In this document: positions 28,001 to 49,745 of the stretch, in pieces | Layout: the number at the start of each line of letters is the position of its first letter | Position numbering within the stretch: position 1 is the first letter of the stretch | Assembly: GCA_020137815.1 (NCBI GenBank) | Contig: CM035354.1 | Location: 1,612,001-1,676,000, forward strand | Direction: 5' to 3' | Length of the DNA: 64,000 bases | From: Hormiphora californensis | Taxonomy: Eukaryota; Animalia; Ctenophora | The notes under the pieces: model-generated | What the model saw: the letters and a program-made list of their open reading frames with translations, nothing else | Databases searched by the model: none | Told to the model about the DNA's origin: nothing | Position numbers and translations under genes: made by a program

Positions 28001-31000
28001 CCTACGAGTTTACACTGGTATGTAATGGGTTACCTTGGTTACCACTGGTATGTAGTGGGTTACCACTGGTATGTAGTGGGTTACCGTAGTCACCACTGGT
28101 ATGTAGTGGGTTACCATGGTTACCACTGGTATGTAGTGGGTTACCACTGGTATGTAGTGGGTTACCGTAGTTACCACTGGTATGTAGTGGGTTACCGTGG
28201 TTACCACTGGTATGAAGTGGGTTACCATGGTTACCACTGGTATGTAGTGGGTTACCATGGTTACCACTGGTATGTAGTGGGTTACCGTGGTTACCAATGG
28301 TATGTAGTGGGTTACCATGGTTACCACTGGTATGTAGTGGGTTTCCATGGTTACCACTGGTATGTAGTGGGTTACCGTGGTTACCACTGGTATGTAGTTG
28401 GTTACCATGGTTACCACTGGTATGTAGTGGGTTGCCATGGTTACCACTGGTATGTAGTGGGTTACCGTGGTTACCACTGGTATGCGGTGGGTTGCCATGG
28501 TTACCACTGGTATGTAGGTGGTTACCTTGGTTACCACGTGAACCAACCCTAGACAATGCAATGGTGACCGTGCAATCGACATTATTGAATGAATACCTCT
28601 CAGACTCAACTAGCATATATTTTGTTATGTTCTAATGACCCTCCTTTACATTTGTAAAGGGGGTCGAGATAGGCAACCAATACATTCTCTTTAGTTGTGG
28701 ATTCTAAAATGAATCAATATTAGGATAATAAGAACATCTCCAATCTCACATAGTCCTTACATACAATATCTCAATCAATACGCATGTCAGTGTTCATCAT
28801 TCGTTCCTCCAATATCAGTGTTCATCATTCGTTCCTCCAATATCAGTGTTCATCATTCATCCCTCCAATGTCAGTGTTCATCATTCGTTCCTCCAATGTC
28901 AGTGTTCATCATTCATCCCTCCAATGTCAGTGTGATCGGGTAGTTACTCCGTAGTCTACTAGTTAGTCCGTAGTTACTCCGTCTGCCTCTATCCATCTTT
29001 TGTCGTCATATCTGATCAATGCTTTCTTTGTGTTGGTGATGGTTCTAATAGTGTGGGTTGTCGATCTAATGTTGGTCTGCTGCACGTTGAAGCTGTACTG
29101 TCCACTTGAGTTGAGCGTTTCCATGTATCTTTGGTGAGTTAGATCTCTGCTAGCTATTGCTCGAGGGACCCCTGCAGCTGCCATCTTCCTCTTGCCATTC
29201 TGGACTAGTACCGAATACATTTTTTAGCGAAGTCCTACGAATTCGTACGTCCTTCCGTTTCGTCCTTGAACAATCCTATCACAGCCTTGTTAGCATTAGA
29301 GAAGGGGGGGGTGATCCTGCGGGTAGTTGGAAAGGTCCACATGTGTTCTTTGAGGAGTGGAATTTGTGTTCCATACAGATCCTTGGTGCTCAATTTGTAC
29401 AGAAATGAATCTGTATCTGTGAAACAAAGTTGTGGATCCTTAAAGAAGGGTACCATAACCCGGTATAGTGAAAGTTGTACATTAGCAATTTGCTCGATTC
29501 AAGAACAGTCAATTCAACCTGAAAATAGAAGTAGGTTATTGAAAAATGAAAATTTACGGACTTACCGTGAATTTGCATATTTCGCAAGACCCACAAGCTT
29601 ATCCGATGACGGATGGTATTTTACAGCAAAGGGTCTGACGATACATGGTTTCATGATCGGTTAATGAAGAAGTATGTGAAACTTGCTTAAATATACTCAC
29701 CACTACAACTTGACGACACGATTTGCTGCATGTTTGACAGGCCGGTGATGATTGTCTTTCGAGTTTTAGCCCGCATTCGTAACACGTCCAATGTCCGCAT
29801 GGGTAAATGGAAATTAGTCCTGTTACCTAGTTAAGATGCATGTTAGTTGAAGGCTACATGGGAACAACACACATAAAGTCCATTTTTTATTCAACTGTTC
29901 AGGCCTCAACTCGTGCGGTATTTACGATGCACGCGCTACACGTTAACATGTGATAGACACACAAAACAATTCCGCGTACGACTTTGGGGGGAGGGGGTGA
30001 ACAGTTGAAAAAAGAATGGAGTATACATACACACTTACACATAGACTTACCGTCAACTTGCATAATTCGCACCGAGACCCCGCAAGCTTATCCGATGTGG
30101 GATGGTAGAGGGTGGCAAAGGGTAAAACAATCGATGGCTTCATGATGGGATAATGAAGAAGTTGTTGGCTGTTGTTTAGAAGCTTCCAAAAGGCCTTCTC
30201 TACCGCATCCAAAGCAGCTGTCTCGCTCGTCGGATAGCTGTGTGGTCAGTGGTCAACCGTCAAGCAACTACAAGTAAACGAAGATAAGAAATGAGTGCTG
30301 AGCAGAGTTTTTATATTGACCACCCAATTAGAACATGCAACATCACCAAGCCCCCTGCAAGGTGTACGGCCCAATTATAACATCACCAAGCCCCTGCAAG
30401 GTGTACTGCCCAATTACAACATCACCAAGCCCCTCCAAGGTGTACGGCCCAATTACAGCATGTTAATGTTATACAAACAGAAACGCCCAAATTTCAGCAA
30501 CTAAACAAATACAAGGACAAGTACTGCACCTTGCTTCAATGAGATCTTCAGATCTAATTGGTTCAAACAAAATCAATGCTCATTTAAGTTAAACATACAC
30601 ACCCTGCTCTCCTCCAATAATTGCTGCCAATTAGTTAATTAGACACCAGATAAGTTAGGATGGTATAGGAATCACTTCCCTGCTATGTAAATATGTGAAT
30701 TCACGTCGCGAAAAATTAGGGTTCGTCTTGATAGGTCACATGGTATGCCACTACTGCCACTACTGCCACTACTGCTATAGTAGTGATTTGTTACAACCCC
30801 CTCTCCCCCTGCAGCCCAGTGATATTATAGTTATTACAACCCCCTCTCCATTACAGCCGGTAGGCGGTAAATGTTAACCAGATCTGTGAGAATTTTGCAC
30901 GTTTTTGCCCATAACTCAGCCAATTCTTGACTAATTTGCAAAATCTTTGGCTCATTGGAAAGAGGACATTGAGATCTCTCAAATGTGCTCAAGAAAATAT

Positions 31001-34000
31001 AAATTGGCGCAAATTGCGCGGCGTGGTGGCGAAAACGCACATTTTGCGCCATGACGCCGCGCATTTTGCACCGATTTTAGTTTTATTGGGCTCATTTGAA
31101 AGAGCTCAATGTCCTCTTTCCAACGCGCCCAAGATTTTGCAAATTGGTCAAGAAATGACTGAGTTATGGACAAAAACGTGGTTTTGCACGTACGTTTTCT
31201 CTCAGATCTGGTTAACATTTACCGCCTACCATTACAGCCGAGTGACAGTATAGTTATTACAACCCCCTCTCCCCCTACAGCCCAGTGACGGTATAGTTAT
31301 TACAACCCTCTCCTCCCCATTACAGCCCAGTGATGGAACCTGGGGTGGATACGATGATCAGGGTGACAGATGGACGGGGATATTTAGTGATCTCCTAAAT
31401 CACAGGATCGATATAGCAACTGTACACATGTCTATCAACAGTGTGAGAGAGAAAATAATCGACTTTTCTGTGCCCTTCATGCAGGTACACAGATTTTAAA
31501 TTGGATCATCTTGTATGTCTTACCTGTATACATACATTTGTAAAGGTGAGTGGAATTTAGTTTTCTTCAAGCTCATAACATTTGTAGTCTTCTATCAAAT
31601 TGTGAAAGGAATAATCGACATGTTGACTGTGCCCTTCTTCAGTACACAGATTTAAATTGGCATCTGTATTGGTTCTTACCACGTTTACATGTAAAGGGGC
31701 ATTACTGGCAAATCATACTCTCTTATAAATTTACAGCTTCAATAACGTTTCCCATACTCATGCTACTGGTATACCAGGGAGAGGAGAGAGAGTGACGGGT
31801 ACTCTTCTAATCCCTGTCTCTAAAGTATTAACATGATAGGAGCCGTGGTTCTTGCGGTTTCATCTCTTCTGGCCCCACCATGGATACGCTCCAGGGATCG
31901 AGGGAAGTATGGTGGTTATACTGGTTTGTTAGGGATCCATTATGGTGTTAGTTGAGTACCCACTACCATCCAGTGTGTTCACCATGTAAACAAAACATGT
32001 ATGTGTTGTTACCAACCAATTGAGACTAAAAATAATAACCTAAATTCCGCTGAGACTGAATCCAACTAGTTTTTTATCATAACGCTTCATCACCTGTGGG
32101 TCACCTAATGGCAAGTATGGAAAAACAGTTTGCCCTAATGACCTGTCACTGTCTGGCGTGTAGAACGGCAATTAAGGAGGGGAGTCCGACAGGATAAGGG
32201 GGATGGCACCTGGACACCCATGAGAACAAACTGTAATCATCGAACCTACTGAATTATGAGTATACTGATGAATTTAGTGTACGTCGACCGGGTCATATTA
32301 ATGATTATATCCACCTCGGATGAAATATGTAAACTGTACTAAACTACTTTACCATACTCAAACCCTCTCCACCCTCGGCACTGGACCATAGCTGGTAGTA
32401 TTGGCGTCTCTGTTGAACCAGGAGCCCGTAGTGAGATGGCCTACAAGTCTTCCTGGCAGGATAGTCCTGCTAGCTTGGTGGCTGATAGTTCTTATTGTGA
32501 TATCCATGTATACCGCCAACCTGGCCGCCTTCCTCACAGGTATATCTATTACAGTGCTGCTTGCAGTCAAAATACGGTAACGCAAAATACAGTAAGGAGA
32601 CGCGCACGGTGCATAACGCGCAGCAAAAAGTTCATGTGTCAGCACGTACTAGCGCCCTGATTGGTCACGGTTGCGCGTCGTCTTACTGTATCTTCGTTTT
32701 CCATTACCGTTTTCCCACTACAAGCGACCGTGTTATGCGTGCATGTCTCAATAATTTCAGAGCCTGAGGATTGGCCTGATCCTTTTCTCATTTCTTTCAA
32801 AGAGCGCATGAGTCTCACGCCGTGAGAACTGCATGTATATGTGGTCAGAGCATTGGCCTGACAGATGTAAAATGGGTCTTTGATCTGGAATCTTTTTTTG
32901 CCCTGTTGTTTTTGTTGGAAAAAGGCTGAATCTAAACGTGAAGCTAGACCTTTTTATGTTGAATATCAAACACACATGTCTTAGTGAACCCCCCCCCCCC
33001 CTCAGTGAACAAGATGGCAACAGGAATGACGAAGATAGAGGACTTGTTGGAACAAAGCAAATATAAATGGGGTACGGTAAAAGATACTCATCCTGAGATC
33101 GCATTGAGTAATAGTGTGAGAAAGGAACTCAAGGATATAATACGATTACAGGTATATTAGTATTAGCGTGACTTGTATATTAATCAGGTATATTAGTGTG
33201 GCTTGTTCGGACGTTGATATCTCTCCAGATGTACTATGGAGTATCATGGGGCCGACAGGGAACATTTTAAAAAACCTGAAATTTACTGCCCCCTACCAAC
33301 TCATTTTACCCAACCTGAACAACTCATCTCCCTCCTCATATAGGATCCAGTAGAGACTACAGACGAGGGATTCAACAGGGCAATGGGAGGCAACTTTGCA
33401 TTCATATATGAGAGTCCTATTTATGAGTACATGAAGAGAAAACATTGTTCTTTGGAGAAAGTTGGTATTGGAGATTTCCTCAGCTTTGAGTAAGTGTTTC
33501 AGTGAAAATGAGATACAATATGATGTTTTGAATACAGTGCCTCTCCCAATCCACATGACTACTTCTGCACCCCAAAATGGGCTACGTGATTCTAAAAATA
33601 TTATCATTTCAGTTATGCCTTTGGTTTCCCGCCCCAGTCCCCCTATGTTGATATCTTCAACCGGGCCTTGTTGCGGATGCAAGAGACCTCCCAATTGGAG
33701 ACGATGTGGCAGTCTCTACTGCAGAGCACTGGGCACTGTCCTGCACAGATTGCCAGCGCTCAGCTGACAATGCAGTCTCTGAACGGGGTGTTTTCTACCT
33801 TAGCAGCTGCAATTCTTCTTAGTATTGTAGCTCTGGTTGGGGAGTATGTCTATGTGGCGTGGGGAGATGTTAACACCACTGAAAAGGTATTGGTGGATTA
33901 TCATTGACTTCAACTGTGACCTTTGTCATTACTCTACATACCAGGAAACGACCGAACCGGGGTTTTTTCCATCGAACCGAACCGAACCGAATTTGAAAAA

Positions 34001-37000
34001 CTTTTTTACCGAACCGAACCGAACCGAACCGAACCGAATTTCGGTAACCGAACCGAACCGAACCATACAAAACTTTTTCTGTATAAATGTTTCTCTAAAA
34101 AGTCATGGAGAGCACCGATCAAGGTATTGAGAATCATTCTCTGAAATTTTGTTCAAAAATGTTTGAAAAAATTTCAAAGTCAATTTTGTGAAAAAATTTT
34201 CAAAGTCAATTTTATCGTAAATTTTCTATGTCAATTTTTGCGTACGAATCGTGTTTCGAATCGGCAATGCTATACGGGAATGGTATTGCTAATTAGCAGG
34301 ATTAAACGAACCATGAATGATTCATTGAATCGTGTCTCTCTTAATTTCCTAATTAGATTTGATGGGGGATCACGTATCAGCACAATCCATCTCGGACCCA
34401 CTAATTACCAACATCACTCCCGTTTAGCATTGTCGATTAGAAACACGATTCGTATACCATAATTTACTTAAATAAGCCTGTCAAAACGTGTTTCAACCTA
34501 GAACTCACTAGAGGCAAGCCAATTCCGGTTGTACATCCTAGGTATAGGTCTCCTAAACATAAAAAACCAAAATGTCAGTCTCAATTATTTGGAGGAAGGT
34601 GTGTAATTAGCCCCTAATTGATTGGTAATTGAGCACAAGGGAAAAAAACTGTATCTACCCTTAGGAAAGGAGTAGAGACAAAATTAAGGGCACCAAAGTG
34701 TTCAGCGTCCTCGCATTAGTGGGGGTAGGTGCCGGAATGAAGTCTCTATCAGCTCATCTGGTTAATTAGATAATTGGATAATTAGGAATGCGCATAGCCG
34801 TTTGCTGGCCATATGGCTATAGCCATGTTAGGAAATGAGTAGAGACAAAACCGAGGGCACTAAAATGATCAGCGTCCTCGAATTAGTGGGGGTAGGTGCT
34901 GAAATTAAATCTCTATCTCATCCGGTTAATTAGATAATTGGATAATTAGTTTTGCGAATAACCGTTTTTAGGCTATATGGCTATAGCCACTTAGGAATGG
35001 TTTAGAGACTTTTCATTGGTGCCATTTTGTAGGCAATGGCCAAGTTATGGGTGGTCGACGTCGGACTTTTAAGCTCTATCTTCAACCGTTTAGCCGTTAT
35101 TTGGCTTTAAAGGTGCTAAAAATGAGCAAAAAACGGTAAAAAGCCCGATTTTTGCTCATTTTCAGCACCTTAAAAGCCAAATAACGGCTAAACGGTTGAA
35201 GATAGAGCTTAAAAGTCCGACGTCGACCCCCATAACTTGGCCATTGCCTACAAAATGGCACCAATGAAAAGTCTCTGAACCATTCCTAAGTGGCTATAGC
35301 CATAAAGCCTAAAAACGGTTATTCGCAAAACTAATTATCCAATTAGCTAATTAACCGGATGAGATAGAGATTTAATTTCAGCACCTACCCCCACTAATTC
35401 GAGGACGCTGATCATTTTAGTGCCCTCGGTTTTGTCTCTACTCCTTTCCTGACATGGCTATAGCCATATGGCCAGCAAACGGCTATACGCATACCTAATT
35501 ATCCAATTATCTAATTAACCAGATGAGATAGAGAATTCATTCCGGCACCTACCCCCACTAATGCGAGGACGCTGAACACTTTGGTGCCCTTAATTTTGTC
35601 TCTACTCCTTTCCTAAGGATAGATACAACTTTTTTCCCCTTGTGCTCAATTACCAATCAATTAGGGGCTAATTACACACCTTCCCCCAAATAATTGAGAC
35701 TGACATTTTGGTTTTTTATGTTCAGGAGACCTATACCTAGGATGTACAACCGGAATTGGCTTGCCTCTCGTGACTTCAAGGTTTGGCCAAAAATCGACAC
35801 GTTTTGACAGGCTTAAAGCCAAATAACGGCTAAACGGTTGAAGATAGAGCTTAAAAGTCCGACGTCGACCCCCCATAACTTGGCCATTGCCTACAAAATG
35901 GCACCAATGAAAAGTCTCTGAACCATTCCTAAGTGGCTATAGCCATAAAGCCTAAAAACGGTTATTCGCAAAACTAATTATCCAATTAGCTAATTAACCG
36001 GATGAGATAGAGATTTAATTTCAGCACCTACCCCCACTAATTCGAGGACGCTGATCATTTTAGTGCCCTCGGTTTTGTCTCTACTCCTTTCCTGACATGG
36101 CTATAGCCATATGGCCAGCAAACGGCTATACGCATACCTAATTATCCAATTATCTAATTAACCAGATGAGATAGAGAATTCATTCCGGCACCTACCCCCA
36201 CTAATGCGAGGACGCTGAACACTTTGGTGCCCTTAATTTTGTCTCTACTCCTTTCCTAAGGATAGATACAACTTTTTTCCCCTTGTGCTCAATTACCAAT
36301 AAATTAGGGGCTAATTACACACCTTCCCCCAAATAATTGAGACTGACATTTTGGTTTTTTTATGTTCAGGAGACCTATACCTAGGATGTACAACCGGAAT
36401 TGGCTTGCCTCTCGTGACTTCAAGGTTTGGCCAAAAATCGACACGTTTTGACAGGCTTATAAAATATTTTTCACAAAAAAAATTTCACAAAATTTCAGGT
36501 AATGATTCTCAATACCTTGATCGATGCTCTCCATGAATTTTTAGAGAAACATTTAATTTTGTGAAAAAACTTTGTAAAATATTTCAAAGTCAATTTCGGT
36601 AAAAAAATTATATGTCAATTTTGCCGTACGAATCGTGTTGCGAATCGGTGATGCTATGCGGCAGTGCTCTGAGAGCACTGCTCTCGCTAATTAGCAGGAT
36701 TTATTGAAACATGAATCGTTTCCCCTAAACTTCCTAATTAGATTTGATGGGGGATCACGTATCAGCATAATCCATCTCGGACCCACTAATTAGCAACATC
36801 ACTCCCGCTTAGCAATACCGATTCGAAACACGATTCGTACGCAAAAATTGACATAGAAAATTTTCCATAAAATTGACTTTGAAATATTTTCCAAACTTTT
36901 TTACAAAATTTCAGAGAATGATTCTTAACACCTTGATCGGTGCTCTCCATGAATTTTTTGAAAAAAACGTTTCTGAATTTGTTGACCCTCTCATGAGGAC

Positions 37001-37628
37001 ACGATTTGACGGGAAGTCAGGTATCAAATCAATCCATATCGAACCCGCTAACTAGCGAAATCATTTCCACATAGCACCACCGATTCGAAATAGGGTTAAT
37101 ACGGCGAAATTGACATTGAAATCCATACAATTTTCGTGAAATAATTGAAAAATTTTGCATGAAAAAGCCCGATTTCTGGGCATTTTTTGACCAAAAAATT
37201 CGGTGGTTCGGCCAAAATTTCCTGCCGAACCGAACCGAACCGAACCGCCCAAAAAACACCGAATTTCCGAACCGAACCGAACCGAACCGAATATTCGGTC
37301 GCTTCCTGCTACATACCTTTACATACTTAGTACCGTGTTCCAACTTTTGGGCTTTGGTTGGAGTTAGCATTTCGTGTTTCTTAACTCTTCAGATTCTCTT
37401 CAACTGTTAATATTTCAGGGCCCCAAAACACTGATGGAAGCGCTCAAACGACGACTAAAATACTTAATTGCGGATGTACGGCAGTCGATTTCCCTCTACC
37501 GATCAGAAACCCCAGCTTTCACCCGCCGGGAGGATTTTGAACTGCACAACATTGAGGAAGAAGAGGGTGACTCAGAGGAAGAAACAGACACTGATCAGGG
37601 GGATGTAGAGGTAGAGGAGGGTAAATAA
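22051..37628 (+). CDS. Ionotropic glutamate receptor-family subunit (ctenophore epsilon-like), multi-exon; M1 exon not recognisable
   Basis: Signal peptide at 22051; ATD exons (RPYLLRISPSD, YAWIVSDG, ARLAFDSV); S1 exons 27880-28017 and 31326-31484 (DPPFIF, INSVREKIIDFSVPFM); M2/M3 exon 32392-32539 (GRIV..WW..MYTANLAAFLT); S2 exons 33006-33151, 33344-33489, 33613-33886 (FAFIYES, YAFGFP, M4); last exon 37419-37628. Confidence 0.9.
24535..25313. mobile_element. Non-autonomous TIR element (pogo/Tc1-type, TA flanks) in iGluR intron
   Basis: TIR GGGTAAACCGGGGCAA/TTGCCCCGGTTTACCC with repeated subterminal CCGGGGCAATTCGAACA motifs. Confidence 0.75.
25845..25990 (-). mobile_element. RTE-type LINE APE endonuclease fragment, abutting a partial MITE (25992-26080) of the 30859 family
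   Basis: PTEGYSRDEVEKFHHDL..IPAHNLVVVAGDFNAKLG. Confidence 0.65.
28013..28537. repeat. 21/30-bp minisatellite built on the iGluR 5' splice site (CACTG|GTATGTAGTGGGTTACCRTGGTTAC)
   Basis: About 18 units starting at the exon end 28017. Confidence 0.9.
28787..28932. repeat. 28-bp tandem repeat (TCAGTGTTCATCATTCGTTCCTCCAATR), ~5 copies
   Basis: Direct inspection. Confidence 0.85.
28963..30212 (-). mobile_element. Degraded Maverick/Polinton (adintovirus-like) protein-primed DNA polymerase B fragments
   Basis: Motifs in correct order on the minus strand: KAFWKLLNNS, SKLLMYNFHY, LCFTDTDSFLY, GLFKDE, KKAL..YDDKRWI; frameshifted and interrupted. Confidence 0.75.
30859..31230. mobile_element. Mutator-type MITE (9-bp TSD)
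   Basis: Long TIR GGTAGGCGGTAAATGTTAACCAGATCTG; TSD ATTACAGCC at 30850-30858 and 31231-31239. Confidence 0.85.
33942..37308. mobile_element. 3.37-kb non-autonomous hAT element with (ACCGA)n subterminal arrays and internal foldback/duplication
   Basis: TIR CAGGAAACGACCGAA/TTCGGTCGCTTCCTG; 8-bp TSD CTACATAC (33934-33941, 37309-37316). Confidence 0.88.
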
Positions 37629-37920
37629 TATACTCAGGGGTTTCTGTGTGTGTGAAGGAGTTTAAATAATAAACTGTTGATAAAGAACACACTAGCATCA
37701 ATACACAATTGATCTCTGTAAGCATCTTTCTCAAGGGACTAAATTTACCTAGGGACTAGGGTTTGTTCATTCCTATTTCAGAGTTTCAGTAGTTCGTTTA
37801 TACTCTTCAAATCTAGCAATTGACACCTCCACAATATTCAATCAAATTGACTCTCAGATCTATATTTGATGTAAAATGTCCATTTCACTGTTTGTATCAG
37901 TTATATCCGTGTATCTCTTG

Positions 37921-43129
<5,209 letters not shown>

Positions 43130-44276
43130 CCCAAATACCTAAACTGGAATGCTTAGAGTAAAGAAATACAAAACGAAAACCGCAGGGTTTGAATTGCATC
43201 AAAAAGCCATCAAATTCATGAATAGCGAACACTTTACTGAACTGCACCTAACGTGCAAAGCTTGTGAACTAGATTCTCTTAACATACTAGACCTTTTGTA
43301 AATGCGATTATGTGAATATCAAACTACAAGGCCACGTGACGTGCATGCGAGAGCAACTGTTCATTGGATGACCTGGTGCGACAGGCCACAACGTAACTAT
43401 AGTGCTATAGTGCTTCCTCCGCAAAATTTTAACTGTGGACGAACAAACGCGCATGGGATTTAAAACCAGGCTTTCGCGCGCTTGAGCCGCGCACTTTAAA
43501 TATATTTGCGCGTGCCATTTCTTGACGATCATCAAATTGCCAGTTTTACGGTTTCGGTGTACAAATTTGGTGCAGGAGAATAGAAAACACGAGTTTTGGA
43601 AAGGCTATATAACTAGAATAAAAAGGATCTCGTATTCGGACAGGATATAATGCGGTCAGTGGAAATAATATTAGACCTAAACTCTAGAAAACACAGGGAC
43701 CTGTTGCTCTATATATCGAATATAATGCCGGACATGCAGATTCTTCATTTAATAGATTTAAATTTAAAAATCATAAATTAATTAAAATATGGATAAAAAG
43801 AAAGCTGCAATAATAAGTTGTAAAAACGGATTAGATCTGAATAACGTCACGTCTATATCCAGGGGGTATGCATGGTACGTCACAAAGGCTTGTGGTAGTA
43901 TAAATACTCTGATAGGCTATAATAGAGATAGGATATACACTTTCCCTAATACAGTATAGTTTCTTAAAATATAGTTCTAAAACACTGTTCTCGAACATAT
44001 CGAACCCTATATAGTCAGGACCACCATTGGTCTCCTCCTTCCTTGGATGCACACCAATAGTGGTCCTGACTAATATAAAAAGGATATTTCTAGTCGTTTG
44101 TTGTAACTACTAACTAACCGATTAATATATATTTTATACGCAGTTTCTGTTCAGTTGTCTATTTCTCCAAACAGCGAGGACTATCCCGCTTGCCACTGTA
44201 TAATACCGGCATAATTCACTCCCTTTCTTGCCTAGCTAGAACGTTGCGAGGTAAGGGAGGGTTAGAACATTACAAT

Positions 44277-49458
<5,182 letters not shown>

Positions 49459-49745
49459 TCCATCACCACCATACCCCGGCCATTACACTACAGCACAGCT
49501 ATAACAGAGTGTTATTTATTAAATCTTTATAACTTACACAATTATTATTATTACTATATTATGAGAGTGTTAATGATTAACATTTGTCGAATCTTCCCCT
49601 TTCAAGGATCCATCACGAAATGTGAGACTGTAACCTCTGGGTGCCCGGCAACTGTGTACAGGAGCCGTCACCAGGCAACTGTGTGCATGAGCCCTCACCA
49701 GGCAACTGTGTGCATGAGCCCTCACCAGGCAACTGTGTGCATGAG

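Noticed and set aside
28002-28635. Four overlapping repetitive ORFs (GNHGNPLHTS etc.) as stand-alone genes
   Set aside because: By-products of a stop-free 21/30-bp minisatellite in an iGluR intron.
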